DNA from: Psammoneis japonica
Lineage: Eukaryota
DNA: 23,545 nt
Reading direction: 5' to 3'
Assembly (NCBI GenBank): GCA_008632985.1
Contig: QPGO01000038.1
Location: 521,939 to 545,483, forward strand
This document shows, one piece after another, positions 9,380 through 21,093 of this stretch. The translations under genes and the position numbers were made by a program. Position 1 is the first letter of the stretch. Each line of letters starts with the position of its first letter. The notes under the pieces were generated by a model. It did no database searches. It had not been told where the DNA came from and was given only the letters and a program-made list of their open reading frames with translations.

Positions 9380-10465
9380 ATGGCGTTCATCCGCATCAGC
9401 AAAAACAATCGTGCGACAGCAGTGTTGATTATGTTCATGCTGAGTTTGATAACAGCCTTTCAAACTTTCTCAACGATGACCACGTCCTTCAGGCGGAGGA
9501 CTAGACAAAGGAATCGAGATTTCTTTCAAACAATGGCATCTTCTAAGGGCGAAACAGCGGGCAGCAAGCAAATACTGGAAGCCTCGATTGAAGGTGTGTC
9601 GGTATCGGATCGTGGCTTTCGGGTAGTGCTGGCTGTTCCTATCGAGAGTAATAGCAATTCTTCTTCCTATCTCGCAATCCAAGTCACGTCCAGTCCTCCC
9701 GACGACACCCTCTCCGCGACGTCTGCTGAGGCTCTCACATTGCTGCAGTTGATTTCTAGTGTAGACATGGCTGGTCCTATTCTGCCACCAGAGTTTCTAG
9801 GACAGATTACTATTCTGCATTGTGAAGAGCAAAACGATAAGAATGAGCAAGAACAAGCTTTCCTTGGGCTGGTAAAGGATACCCTACCAGAGCCCCTGTA
9901 TTCAGAGTGCAATACATGGCAACGATCCAAAGTGCGATTACCAAAAACGAGTTTGAATCAAGTAACAATAACGGTCGAAGACAATATAATGGACTGGACT
10001 TTATCCTGTCGATTGGTTCAATTTCCACAGTTGGACGAGGTGAAGGTGAAACCTACTCCTGACATTTTGAAGCAGGTCTGTTATTCGTACAACGAGAAAT
10101 CATCAGCTGCGTTTAGCTGTTTAGCATGTGCCTTGCGATACAAAGCTCGCATATCGTTGGAAGTACTGGGTGATTTTGACTCGCAGCAAGACTCGCCTTC
10201 ATTCCAGTGGTTGGAGACGAAGGATGCGCTGCAAGAGACTTTTCCAATGTACAGATCCAGCACAGCACTCAAGACCCAATCGGATAGAGTCCACACAAAT
10301 ATTGAACGGGGATTCGAGATTCACAAGTTGTCTGGTGCACTACGCATTGCAATGGAGCGAGGTGACGAGGAAGCGGTTAAAAAAATCAGACAAGAGTTGG
10401 ACAAATACGATTCCATGGATGATTTGCCGACGACTCCGAACGACGGTTTAGATCAAATGCAATAA
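9380..10465 (+). CDS. Bifunctional nuclease (DUF151/BFN)-like protein with C-terminal UVR-type helical hairpin, probably plastid-targeted
   Basis: 361-aa intronless ORF. Hydrophobic leader ending ITA-F; IEGVSVSDRGFRVVL, SAEALTLLQL, ACALRYKARI (compare BFN ALALR..API); C-terminal LRIAMERGDEEAVKKIRQEL is UVR-like. Confidence 0.6.
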   Translation: MAFIRISKNNRATAVLIMFMLSLITAFQTFSTMTTSFRRRTRQRNRDFFQTMASSKGETAGSKQILEASIEGVSVSDRGFRVVLAVPIESNSNSSSYLAIQVTSSPPDDTLSATSAEALTLLQLISSVDMAGPILPPEFLGQITILHCEEQNDKNEQEQAFLGLVKDTLPEPLYSECNTWQRSKVRLPKTSLNQVTITVEDNIMDWTLSCRLVQFPQLDEVKVKPTPDILKQVCYSYNEKSSAAFSCLACALRYKARISLEVLGDFDSQQDSPSFQWLETKDALQETFPMYRSSTALKTQSDRVHTNIERGFEIHKLSGALRIAMERGDEEAVKKIRQELDKYDSMDDLPTTPNDGLDQMQ

Positions 10466-11231
10466 TGAAAGAATCCCTTTCCAGCCATCATGAAATTACA
10501 AGAATGTTGTGCCTTTTGTATTGTGAATCATGAAAGCCTCGTTGTCGATAGGATGCTCTTAGCTAGTTCATTGGCTGCGTTAGGGCATAACGCCAAATAC
10601 TCTTAAGATACTCAAAATGAGTTGAAAAGAATGTTAGGACCAGGGTATTATGAGGGAAAATGATTGCACCGTATGCTGCATCAATAGTTTGCATGCCTTA
10701 TCTACTAGAGAGTTCATGCGCAGAGCCAAGGGGAAGGTGTGCGATGCTTCAACTTATCGAGATAAACTAAATGAAATAGGAAAGGTAGGCCGCAAGCTGT
10801 TATGACATCTTGCATCAGCTACACTCATAGAGATGATACGTCGCACATTGTAGATTCACGCTTACTCCACTCTAGAGAGTTCATTGGCAAAGCCAAGAAA
10901 GTTTTTGCGATGTTTTATCGTTTTCTAGATCAAACTCAATGCAATGTGTAGGCAACAAGCCGTACAAGGCTAACTTATAAACGTTGCGACGTCTAATCAC
11001 AGCTACAATCATAAAGATGATTCGGTGCACATTGTAGATCCCTCTCCCATCTAGTAGACAAGAAAGACACGGGTCAAGGATGTTCGTGTCCCATCCAGAG
11101 TAACTGCATAATTCTCTACAACGCACAGGCTAACGTCTTGATGGGTAAGAAGCAAAGTTGAGGTCTCTATATGGGCTCTATTATATATTAGCTTATTCTG
11201 TGTGGGGTGCTGCATCATGTACCGCAGCTTT

Positions 11232-11906
11232 TTATGACGCAACAACCAAGGTGCGTGGTTGCTGCTGCTGTTGTACCGGTGTTTGCTCTTCATCACCACA
11301 TCGCTGCCTCACATTTCTTGCAACTTCTTGGGCTGCTTCTGTGAGAGATCGACTCGAGTGACGCTTCCGGCTCTTGGTAAGCGGGAATGGGATGACAGGA
11401 ATCTCTGGCATTGACTGAACAAGACTCGGGTGATAGACTTGGTAAAAGTCCTTCTGTCCTGTCTGCAGTGCCACTTGTCTCGCCCATGCGGTACATCTGG
11501 CTGCAATGGTAGCGAGCGCTTCCGGTGATTCGTATCGCTCCTGCGCTTTGAGGATAGCGCAGTTGGCCAAGAACTTGTGCTTTTGTCGTTCTAGGGAGAT
11601 ACGGTGCTCGAGGCCTCTTGATTCAGGAGCTTCCTCGTTGCCAGAGTACTGCTCGACTCGCAACGCACGGCACAAGTCCCGAGCTTCTTGTTTGAACTGT
11701 TCCAGTTGTGATTGCTCGTACCAGATTTCGTTGCGTTCTTGCTGGGTAATGCTACAGCTGCATGGCACTGTTGACATGACTTGAACAGTATCGGAGAAAC
11801 ACACTCCGCGTGATCGTCGGCGGCCTACGTTTGGCTTTGCAACCATTGGTTCCGCTGGGACTGTGATTGTGAGCTTGGAGAGAGCGGTGGTTTCAACCTT
11901 GCACAT
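11232..11906 (-). CDS. Diatom-specific hypothetical protein (V.F..VQV...WY...RGLE family), 224 aa
   Basis: ATG at 11906. Motifs RGVCFSDTVQV, EIWYEQSQLEQFK, RGLEHRIS and AILKAQ are typical of an expanded family of uncharacterised diatom proteins. Confidence 0.75.
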   Translation of the reverse strand: MCKVETTALSKLTITVPAEPMVAKPNVGRRRSRGVCFSDTVQVMSTVPCSCSITQQERNEIWYEQSQLEQFKQEARDLCRALRVEQYSGNEEAPESRGLEHRISLERQKHKFLANCAILKAQERYESPEALATIAARCTAWARQVALQTGQKDFYQVYHPSLVQSMPEIPVIPFPLTKSRKRHSSRSLTEAAQEVARNVRQRCGDEEQTPVQQQQQPRTLVVAS

Positions 11907-12618
11907 GATTAAGTTGTATGATGGTAATGTATGTAGTAAGTAGTTGAGAGTCAACTGCAGGAGTCAATTGCCATACAGTAGTACGATGTGATGTTCTTCT
12001 TTTCTTTTTTGTGCGACGAGCAAAAGTGTAATAAGAGAAATGAATGAACCTTCGCGAGAACAGCCGCGAAAGGTCGTGAAGCCGCGAGACATCGCGTGTG
12101 TGGAACACACGCTCCAATGCCGTATTAACGATGACTGATTCAAACACATATGGAGAATCTGTGTAACTTGGACAAACTATCGAGACATTCACGATTGGGA
12201 TTGCTCTAAGACAAAAGTAAGTACGTAGAGATGTACTGTACGTGTGTCAATTCTTCACGATTACAGCGCCAGCCAGCTTGACGACATTCTGAAAAAGCAC
12301 GATCATTAATTGATTTAGTTTCTAGTCATTAGCGACTTCTTCGGTACTTTCAGTGTTAAAGGAGAGAAATGACCATTCGTAATCGCGATTAGAAAACTAT
12401 CATTTTCACGTGTAACTGAACGTCAATTCTATATGCTTCTTTCTTTGTAAGTATAATTGCCCATGTTCAACTTTTATTGTTGTTAGATGCCAATGCCCTC
12501 TTTCGCGCGCTTTTTGCTGGTTGAGAGAGAAGTCCGAGGAATCGAAAGATCCAAACGCCGATGAACGATATAGGCGTCGTCGTTTTCGTTTCCACAGCAC
12601 CGGTATTTTGAGTTCATA

Positions 12619-14079
12619 ATGAGACGCCCGTTGTTTCTTCTCACCATCAGACTTGTCAGTAGTGTCCATGGTTTTTCTCCGTCGACAATACGTGAGAAGC
12701 TGCAGAGGACTCCGACTCAGCGTGCCAAGGTTTGCGTGATTGGCGGTGGCGTCAGTGGTTTGACAGCGGCCGCTGAAATAGGTCGAGATGCGATTTTGCT
12801 CGAATCAAGTGAAACGCTGGGAGGACGAGTTCAATCTGATCTTGTGGAGGGCTTTATTTTGGACCGAGGCTTTGCGGTCTTTATTGAGGAATATCCTGCC
12901 GCCAAGAAATTGCTAGACTACGATCAACTAGATCTCCGCCAGTTTCTTCCAGGAGCTCTCATCAAAACAAACGACAGAACTGAAAAACTTGCCAGAGTAG
13001 TTGACCCACTTCGAGGCGGCGATCTACTCACAGCTCTCTTCACACCGGTAGGAACCTTTCGAGACAAGCTTGCCATGCTGCCCTTGCTTATCAACGTTCG
13101 AACCAAGTCCATACAAGAACTATTTCAGGAACCTGAAACCGATACTTTGAGCTATCTACAGGATCGGTTTTCAAACGATATGATTTCTAAGTTCTTCAAA
13201 CCATTTTTGCAAGGGATTTACTTGTGTCCCCTGGAGGAACAGTCTTCTCGCATGCTATTATTCGTAATGAAAATGTTCTCGGAAGGCGCTGCGACACTTC
13301 CGGCAAAGGGGATGCAGGCTGTAGCCGATCAACTTGCTGAGAAAGCAACCAATGCCGGGGTAGAAATATGCAGAAACCGACGAGTAAAGAGTATTTCGAA
13401 GGAATCTGACGGGTTCTTGATAAAGTGTTCTGGCGGACCAAACGTTGTCGCCGACTCAGTGATTTGCGCAACAGAGGGACCAGCGGCGAAAAAGCTCCTA
13501 TCCACATTTCAAGGACTCGAGTCTCTTGCGGACGGTCCAGATCAGCCACAACGGTCTGTGGGCTGTCTCTATTATACTTTTGATACGTCAGTACCAGTTT
13601 CAGATCCCATTCTTATCTTGAATGGCGTGGACAACGAATCTGAGAGTCTCCCCATCAACAACATCTGCTTTCCGTCTGTGGTAAGTAGCAGCTATGCACC
13701 TCCTGGCTCTGGGCTTTGCAGCGTTACAGTGCTGGGACATGTCATGGAGTCGTTCCAGAATAGTACCGACGAGCTTGACACGGCTGTTCGCAAGCAACTG
13801 GTATCCTGGTTTCCTGACTACGAAATGGACATTCTGGGAAAATGGAATCTGAAAGGCACCTACCACATCAAATTTGCCCAGCCGGCACAATTGTATGGTC
13901 CAATGCCGGCTAATGTGAACGGCGGTCGATCGTGTGATTCCTTTCTCGGTCAGCGGCTTCCGCCTGGTCTGTTTGTTTGTGGCGACTACATGGCAACTGC
14001 CACCCTCAACGGCGCACTTGAAAGTGGTTTGTTGGCCGCAAGAGCTGCGTCGACACACATTATGACGCAGGAAGAGTAA
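12619..14079 (+). CDS. FAD-dependent oxidoreductase (flavin amine oxidase / protoporphyrinogen oxidase / phytoene desaturase-like superfamily), probably plastid-targeted
   Basis: 486 aa. Rossmann motif VIGGGVSGLTAA, LESSETLGGRVQSD, LDRGFAVF, C-terminal FVCGDY...TLNGALESGLLAA; leader ending VHG-FSP. Confidence 0.85.
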   Translation: MRRPLFLLTIRLVSSVHGFSPSTIREKLQRTPTQRAKVCVIGGGVSGLTAAAEIGRDAILLESSETLGGRVQSDLVEGFILDRGFAVFIEEYPAAKKLLDYDQLDLRQFLPGALIKTNDRTEKLARVVDPLRGGDLLTALFTPVGTFRDKLAMLPLLINVRTKSIQELFQEPETDTLSYLQDRFSNDMISKFFKPFLQGIYLCPLEEQSSRMLLFVMKMFSEGAATLPAKGMQAVADQLAEKATNAGVEICRNRRVKSISKESDGFLIKCSGGPNVVADSVICATEGPAAKKLLSTFQGLESLADGPDQPQRSVGCLYYTFDTSVPVSDPILILNGVDNESESLPINNICFPSVVSSSYAPPGSGLCSVTVLGHVMESFQNSTDELDTAVRKQLVSWFPDYEMDILGKWNLKGTYHIKFAQPAQLYGPMPANVNGGRSCDSFLGQRLPPGLFVCGDYMATATLNGALESGLLAARAASTHIMTQEE

Positions 14080-15938
14080 TATCGGATGCCATTGGTCATT
14101 CTGCAGACTGGAAAACAGCATTGAGAATGATTCATGTTTGAGATGTGGACGATTGGGATGTGGACGAGGACACATCTCGGCACAAAACTCACTTGGAAAA
14201 ATTTATCATCGCTCCTCAGACATTTATTTTTTTAATAATCGAATAGCTTGAAGCTATTGTCACTCAAAACTGGTTGATGGCAGGAGCTACTAAAATGCAA
14301 AATGCGAGGTTTCTTATTGAACCAGTGGCTACCACAATGGTTGCGAGCTTTTTGACGAGGACAGAGCGGAAAGCGAGACCAAGCGGCTGCGGTTTCCAAG
14401 TTCCTTTGTCTTATGAGCTCGGACCGATAGTCCAATGGAGAGGGGTCAAAACATTCATCATAGATGCGACGGCCTACCCGTCAACGTCATGCAGACAAAG
14501 CTAACCATTGAAGGTAGTTGTTTCAATAACGAAAACAACAATGGCCAGTTTGTACCTGTAATGTCGTCTAGTTTAAATCTACAAGTACCATAAAAAGCAA
14601 AGGAAGTACGTTTGTACCATAAATAATAATTACGGTATAAAGCCGCGAACTGGAAGATTGTTGAGTAGGGGTCTTTTGCCCCGGGGTTTTGATGGAGAGT
14701 ATTTTTTTTTCGTTCTGTGGGCCTGAGCCAGGGCAGCTGTGCCCGAGGAGGGGGATGCCGTACTACTAAGCTCGCCTTTTACACCACTTAGCAGGGTCTT
14801 ATACCCTTTCTCACCTCAGATGCTATTCACTCCTTTTCTTAGTTTGGCCTCTTTTCAATTTTTTACGCTCAATAATACCACACGGTATAGACTTTGGTGG
14901 ATAACAAGGTCACTAGCCGATCAACCCCTGTCCTGCGGGAAGGCGTATCCACAGTAACATTGACAGGGTCCCGGTTCTAGGCCGTGCTTCCTTTTTTAAT
15001 GTCTCAGAACGCTCTCGTCACCAAGGATTGTTTTGTACTGGAGGAAGAACCCGGTCCACATCATACGCAATCACAACAATGAACGCAACTACACCCAAGC
15101 CGAATCCAGCGTATTCCAACCATTCACCACAATCATCCGTCATCATGAAATTCCAATAGTAAGTATTGAAGGAAAGAACAGCATCACAGACACTGAGACG
15201 CTCCTCCTCAACCTACAAATGAAAACACTCAATCACACGGATGATGCGTGGTGCTCCACAATCGGGGTGTCAAACCATCGACAAGAAACCCTCAATCTCA
15301 TGTCGTGGAGGTTCTGGAAGTCGAATATGGACTCTAAACAAACGCCACGCAGAGTCCAAAGACGAGCTACAGTTCCTCTACGACACGAGAGTGAGAACAC
15401 TACTTCTTCGAGTCGACGGCGATCATGGTAGAGGCAGGCATCACGCAGGCGTTGTCTGACTTGGCTATAGAAAAGTCCATGGTTGAGAATGCATACAATA
15501 CAAACCGCGGCCTTCGTTCTTACCCCAAAAACAACCCTGACAATTCTCTGTTTCGATGAATTGTGACCAATGATTGATGTTCCGATCAGCTATCACGCTC
15601 AAGCGACCAAGCTCAGCGACATACCAGGAATGCGTAGATTCTACACGAATTCCGAAACACGACTCATTTCACGATTGTTAGGATCAGGTTTTGCGAGTGC
15701 AATGAAGGTGTTGGCTCAAATGATAAGGTTTTCAAACGGTCATTTTTCAGCTACCTTTCTCTTCCCTTGTACCGTCGTCAACAACCGCCGTCGCGGCACC
15801 GTGTGGGCTATGGTGCCGTAATAGATTATGTCGGAGGGAAGTTTCGCAAGTTGAAGTTCGCATGCGATCTTTCGCGCGCGTTTATTTGACAATCGACGGT
15901 ATTTACCACTTGCCACACAGTTCATTTCAACACCGACC

Positions 15939-17027
15939 ATGGCGTTCCCCAAAACGGTCCTGGCTTTCCTAGCAGTTCTAGTTGCTTTTGCGATTCAACT
16001 GGATTTTGGCGTAGAACTACATGAGTGGTCAACTCGACAACCTCGAGTTGATCTGCTTGAGAATAGGAACAGCGAAGACGAAACAAGCTCGGGCGCTCTT
16101 GTTCAATTCTCGAGTCGATCCGAGACCTTGGTTGGCCGAATCTTTTACCCGGTGAATGGCACAGATCAGCCGCCACCCGTAGTCATCCTTGCACATGGCT
16201 TGGGACTTTCGCAAGACTGCTCTCTTACAGGGTTTGTAGAGGCGTTTCGCGGAGCAGGATTTGCCGCCTTTACATTCGACTACGCTACGTTTGGCATGTC
16301 GACCGGCACCCCGCGTCATCAGGTACACCCGGAGAATCTTATTATGGACATTAAAGCGGCCATATCCACACTTAAGGAACGTTCCACCCAGCTCCAAATC
16401 GATGCATCGAGGACGGCTCTGTTTGGGACTTCTCTTGCGGGGGGGCATGTACTCCGTGTGGCAGCCGAGACTAAGGATAACGAGTTGCGCTGCATCATAT
16501 CACAGATCCCACACCTTGCAAGTGGTGCCGAATCTGCTTTTGGAACTATGTTACGGACTCCTGGGTCAACTTTTCTGAGTGTAGGAAAATTAGGTCTTGT
16601 TGCAGTCCGCTGGGTGGTTCAGTGGACGATGGGCAGGTCTTTGTACGTGCCTCTTGCTGGCCTACCTGGTTCGCTAAGTCTGATGCAGAACGATGGTGTC
16701 TTTGAGGGATATCTTTCCTTGACACCAGAAAATGGTGGGAAATTTGATTGGCGAAACGTAGCAACGCTCCCGTCTTCTACTCGAATCCTCAAGTATCGAC
16801 CGCTTGATGCCGTTGAGAACGTGCAAACTCCAGTCTTAATGATTGCAGCCGAAGAAGACACACTCTGCCCTGCTATTCACGTCGAGACAGCTAGAAAACT
16901 CATCGACAGACGCGATACTGAGGTCGTAATACTCAAGGGCGCCCGCCACTTTGATCTCTATCGTGGGGAACAGCATGAGCAGTCGGTTCGCGCATGTGTA
17001 GCGTTTCTGCAAAAGCACATGTCATAG
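15939..17027 (+). CDS. Alpha/beta-fold hydrolase with N-terminal signal or membrane anchor
   Basis: 362 aa. VILAHGLG, FTFDYATFGMSTG, nucleophile elbow GTSLAG, acid in AAEED, His in GARHFDLY. Confidence 0.88.
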   Translation: MAFPKTVLAFLAVLVAFAIQLDFGVELHEWSTRQPRVDLLENRNSEDETSSGALVQFSSRSETLVGRIFYPVNGTDQPPPVVILAHGLGLSQDCSLTGFVEAFRGAGFAAFTFDYATFGMSTGTPRHQVHPENLIMDIKAAISTLKERSTQLQIDASRTALFGTSLAGGHVLRVAAETKDNELRCIISQIPHLASGAESAFGTMLRTPGSTFLSVGKLGLVAVRWVVQWTMGRSLYVPLAGLPGSLSLMQNDGVFEGYLSLTPENGGKFDWRNVATLPSSTRILKYRPLDAVENVQTPVLMIAAEEDTLCPAIHVETARKLIDRRDTEVVILKGARHFDLYRGEQHEQSVRACVAFLQKHMS

Positions 17028-17369
17028 GACAGCACCCTATATGCCAGAGAAACGGTATAGTTGCAACATTTTCCGAAATGTGGTACTTTGCTCTAGAGTG
17101 ATGATAAATCTGTACGTGGCCAAATGGTTTCGGTTCGTTTGGAAAACATACGAATGGTCTTGCGAGGAATGCGAATTGCGGAATCATATAGTACTCACAA
17201 ATTCAACGAGACATGACAAGGTGGCTGATCCTTCTCGGTGCATCTCTCATGCCGTACAAAAAGACCCACACACTGTATCTACTTTCAGAAAAAAGAGCTA
17301 AAAGTGCTATCTATTTAGTTCATAAAAGCGTAGAGCCGCAAATATGATGATTCTCCATCGCGGTTCGCC

Positions 17370-18146
17370 TTATCCACTGTAGCGATTCGTTTCCCGCTCA
17401 AGTTGCACAACACGGTTCAATTCTTCCAATGCTTCGCAAGCTTCAATAGCCTCCACCAAACATTCGTCGCCCAAAGCACCACCAAGAGCTGGGGAGTTGC
17501 TTGCGGAAGCAATCTCCTCCACGTCTGCCCACGCCACCTTAGCTTCTGGTGAATCCTTGCCATTCTCCTCAGAGATCGATTTGGCCTTGGCCATGGCTTC
17601 TCGAAGAGCAGGCGAGTCCGATCCAGGCAATGGGTTTGACGATGGCATTTTGATGGCCTGAATCTCTGAAGCGAGAGTCTTGACATTTTCCATTTTGGGG
17701 CCGAAATCTTGAATGATATCAGATAGCTGCTGCATCTTCTCTTCATACTCTTTGCAAGCGTCGCTCTCGTCCTCTTCAGGAACGTAGCAATCTTGATCAG
17801 TCACACCGCCCGTGTAAGAAGCGCTAAAAGAAGGATTTACGAGTGGTTGAAAGAGAAATGGATTTCGTAAGCTATGCTGCACCAGAGGTGTGTTTTGCCT
17901 TCCATATCTCTACAGTACTTACGAGTTATCAGATGCATCCATCTCCTCCACGATATCCCAAGCCACTCGTGCTTCAGGACTTCCCGCACCATACGTTTTG
18001 CTGGCAGCGACTGCGGCTTTGATGGCTTCGCTCGAGTCGACTCTACTGTTTGAGAGACTGGTCGAGGATCTTACGGTAGTGCCCCATGGCGAAACAAAGG
18101 CATGGCAAGAAGCCACTAGCAATAGGTTCGCAACAACAAGTTTCAT
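17370..18146 (-). CDS. CP12: Plastid-targeted protein with two CP12 domains; exons 18146-17923 and 17823-17370; 225 aa
   Basis: Signal peptide ending SCHA-FV. Two AWxxVEE motifs (ARVAWDIVEE, AKVAWADVEE), each followed by a Cys pair (CYVPEEDESDAC, CLVEAIEAC). The GT-AG intron 17922-17824 splices in frame (678 nt). Confidence 0.85.
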
Positions 18147-19300
18147 CGTGTAGCAAGTCGGTTGATGTGTTTACTGTTTATATTATGAGAGTTCAGAGTG
18201 CAGAGAACACAAAAATGCAAGAGACATCCATCAAGAAAAGATCGTGTGGAAAGCCAGCTGCCGATCAAAACACACGCACGCTGATTGGTCAACAGCTGCT
18301 ATGGAATCCTTCTTCGAAAGCGACTACGTTCTTCATTACATTCACGGTGATCATGGTTAAAAATACTACGAGGGGGATAATGAGGTCGAATTTTGTCAGT
18401 TGAGAGATTCCTTTTGGTCTGGACATCGGTTCGCTAAGATCGCGGGCGAACTTCAACTTGATGAAACTTCCCTCCGACACGTCTCAACATTCATTCTTAC
18501 CAAAACACACACACTGTATACCGGTAGAAGATGATGATCCCCGTTCGTGCAAGCCTTGTATTGAGAAACATTCTGACACTGTGGGGCGGGTATTAATAAA
18601 ACATTCCTGGTACATTCAAGTTGCATTTTGCTTTAACATGATTGGCTCAGTTCAGTCAATGTGCATACATGTAAAACTGGTACCAGGGATCTTGCATGAA
18701 ATAGTTCAACCAACAGATACATGACAGATACAAATGGAACAACACAGCCAATGGAAGCTACCCCTATTCAAGTATGAATCAGGTGAGTACGTGTGGTTTG
18801 CTTTTTGTTTGCTTTTTGTGTGACGTTGGCGTTTATTTGGAGTGGCACTCTCAATTTCTGTTCTGCGATTGCGCACGGTGTAAGGGTATCACGGAGTAAC
18901 AAACCGAGGCTTTCACGATTGCCTTCGTATCCCAATCGTGTTACGTACGAAATCGTTCTCCTGCCGGTGGCATTCGTCTTGTATCGGTGGGCCCGGAACG
19001 AAACTCCATTGATTCTGTAAAAATGTCAATAGGCGGACATGGTGACAAGTCAATTTTTCACATTGAACAGGTGCTATCAATATGGAGTACTCTGGATTAG
19101 TATCGCGGGGAGAGAGACAGCACTTTGCTCAAGCCTGCAAGTCGGGCGCTATACACACAGAAGACGACCCGACTACGCTGCGATATCTTTTCAGGATTCA
19201 GAAGAGCCAGATAACTGGCCTATACCCGATGTTGACGTTTCGTCAAAAGAATTTATGCTTGATCCACGTCTACTGCTACTACTACTAGTGGCTGACCGCT

Positions 19301-19437
19301 GCTCCACCATGTCCAGGACTTGAGCCGAGTCACTCCTACTACCGATAGTAGTTGCTGGAGTCGCTCCACCAAGTCCAGGACTTGAGCCACCTCAACTGTA
19401 AGTGGGAGGCCCATACCACCAAGTCAACGCTTGAGTG
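19301..19437 (+). repeat. 26-bp direct repeat x2 (1 mismatch) plus a degenerate third copy
   Basis: GCTCCACCA(T/A)GTCCAGGACTTGAGCC at 19301-19326 and 19363-19388; weaker copy at ~19413-19437. The unit translates as APP(C/S)PGLEP. Confidence 0.8.
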
Positions 19438-19733
19438 CGGTAGAGCCCACAGCTATGCAGAAGAGACCCATCAACGAATATGTTGCCACCGTCGGAGCTT
19501 GATTATCAAATGCGTGAGAATGATAGCTTGTTTGAGTGAGAAACTCCTTTCTTCTTCATTCAAGGGATGAAAGCGATTCACAATTAATTGGATTGTCTTG
19601 CGACATTTTCAAGTATCGATTTCTTTGTCCATTTGGTGCGACTGGTAGGGCTCACCTCAAGTATATTTGCATAAGAATCCGACCACCAAGTATGTTGCCG
19701 CCCCCGGAACCCTAGGGCTTAACACTGTGTGAA

Positions 19734-20424
19734 TTGGCAGCCGCACTCGGTCATCCCATTACCATTGTCACACAAGATGGAGTTGCGGGTTTCTATCGGG
19801 GACAATCAACAACATTGATTGAAATCTTACGTTCCCGATCAGTCTACTTTTATTGTTATCAACGATGCAAACGCGCGTGTTGGGGCATGTTCTGCCCGAA
19901 GCCTCGCATCTCCGGGCAATGCGCCCTTGGCGAGATTGTATCGGCTGGCATTGTGGGAAACACACTCACCATCCATTTCGTACGGAAAAAGGCCTATGCG
20001 GGTTATCGTGATGCGATTGGAGCCATTTTTCGTGAAGAGGGTATTTGTCGGTTTTTACAAGCGCGTTTTTGCTAGTTGATGGGTGTGTATCGAGGGATCG
20101 ACTCAATTTATTCTTTATGAACAATTCAAAACACGCATGTTGGAACAGACAAGCAATGTTCGTGCGAAAAAGGGATTACCACCGACTGACAAACTACCGG
20201 AGTGGATGTACTGGATGCACTTTCTTAGTGCCGCGGTCGCCAAGTTTGTGGCGTCAATTGCGACATTCCACACAAGGTGGCACGAAACGCGATTCAGAGA
20301 GCAAGTCCGAAACGGCATTTTTTCAAGTACCATGTCATGTGACAAACCATTGGGCTATGTAATTGCCAAAGAAGAAGGACGGCTGGCTTGTATGGCGGGA
20401 TGGGATTTTGTTTTTGACGTATGA
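19734..20424 (+). pseudogene. Mitochondrial carrier family (SLC25, Rim2/SLC25A33-36-like) pseudogene fragment
   Basis: IVTQDGVAGFYRG, SRSVYFYCYQRCK, AIFREEGI, EGSTQFILYEQFK, FLSAAVAKFVASIATF, TRFREQ and IAKEEG are carrier motifs. They are spread over broken frames with deletions and no intact N-terminus. Confidence 0.8.
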
Positions 20425-21093
20425 AGTTGTAAACACGTGGTTAGATCAATTCACAGTGGTGGATTGCAATGGCGCGCTTGTGGCTACAAGGCGTTGATAC
20501 TCTATGGCAAAAAAAACACTGCGGTTGCTTTCGTCACAGCCAGAAACATACTCGATAATGAAGTCAAAGCGTCAGACGTCATCGTCAGACTGCAGCTAGC
20601 TTTTTTTGTGATATGCGGGACGGGGTAAATCCTACCCGCAGAGCTTGGACGCTGATGACATTGACACTGCAAGGCTTTGCAGACGGATTAATGCAAAGTG
20701 TGCGAATAGCCATTAAGTAGCGGATTCTCCCCGTCTCTTGAAGTCGACTTCCTCGGATGACTTCCAAACTTCACGCCAACTATCCCCTGCTGTTCGGTGC
20801 GCGTACGTCCCACACAAATCCAACCTCTTTCTTTGCAGGTGCCCACGACCCACGAGACGATCAATGGGCAGGGCACCCATAAATTAATAGACGCATCCCT
20901 CACATTCTTAGCCATAACCCGAAAGGCACTAGCCAAAAGCTATCGTATGCTCTCTACTGTACTTGAAATTTCTTTCAAAACAACAGGCTGCACCAAGTTA
21001 TGCGCTACACTGGCTGTTTACTGGATACCATGCAACGAGACGAGAAGATACGACGATACAAAGATACATGTCATAATTGACCGCCGCGTTGGT

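Noticed and set aside
14659..14959. Possible solo LTR (TGTT...AACA)
   Set aside because: The flanks AAGAT and TTGAC are not a target-site duplication, and the terminal match is only 4 bp.
19301..19437. CRISPR-like repeat-spacer-repeat (26-bp repeat, 36-bp spacer with a hairpin)
   Set aside because: Only two good copies, unequal spacing to the third, no cas genes and a eukaryotic context. The unit translates as a Pro-rich peptide repeat, so it is more likely a coding relic.
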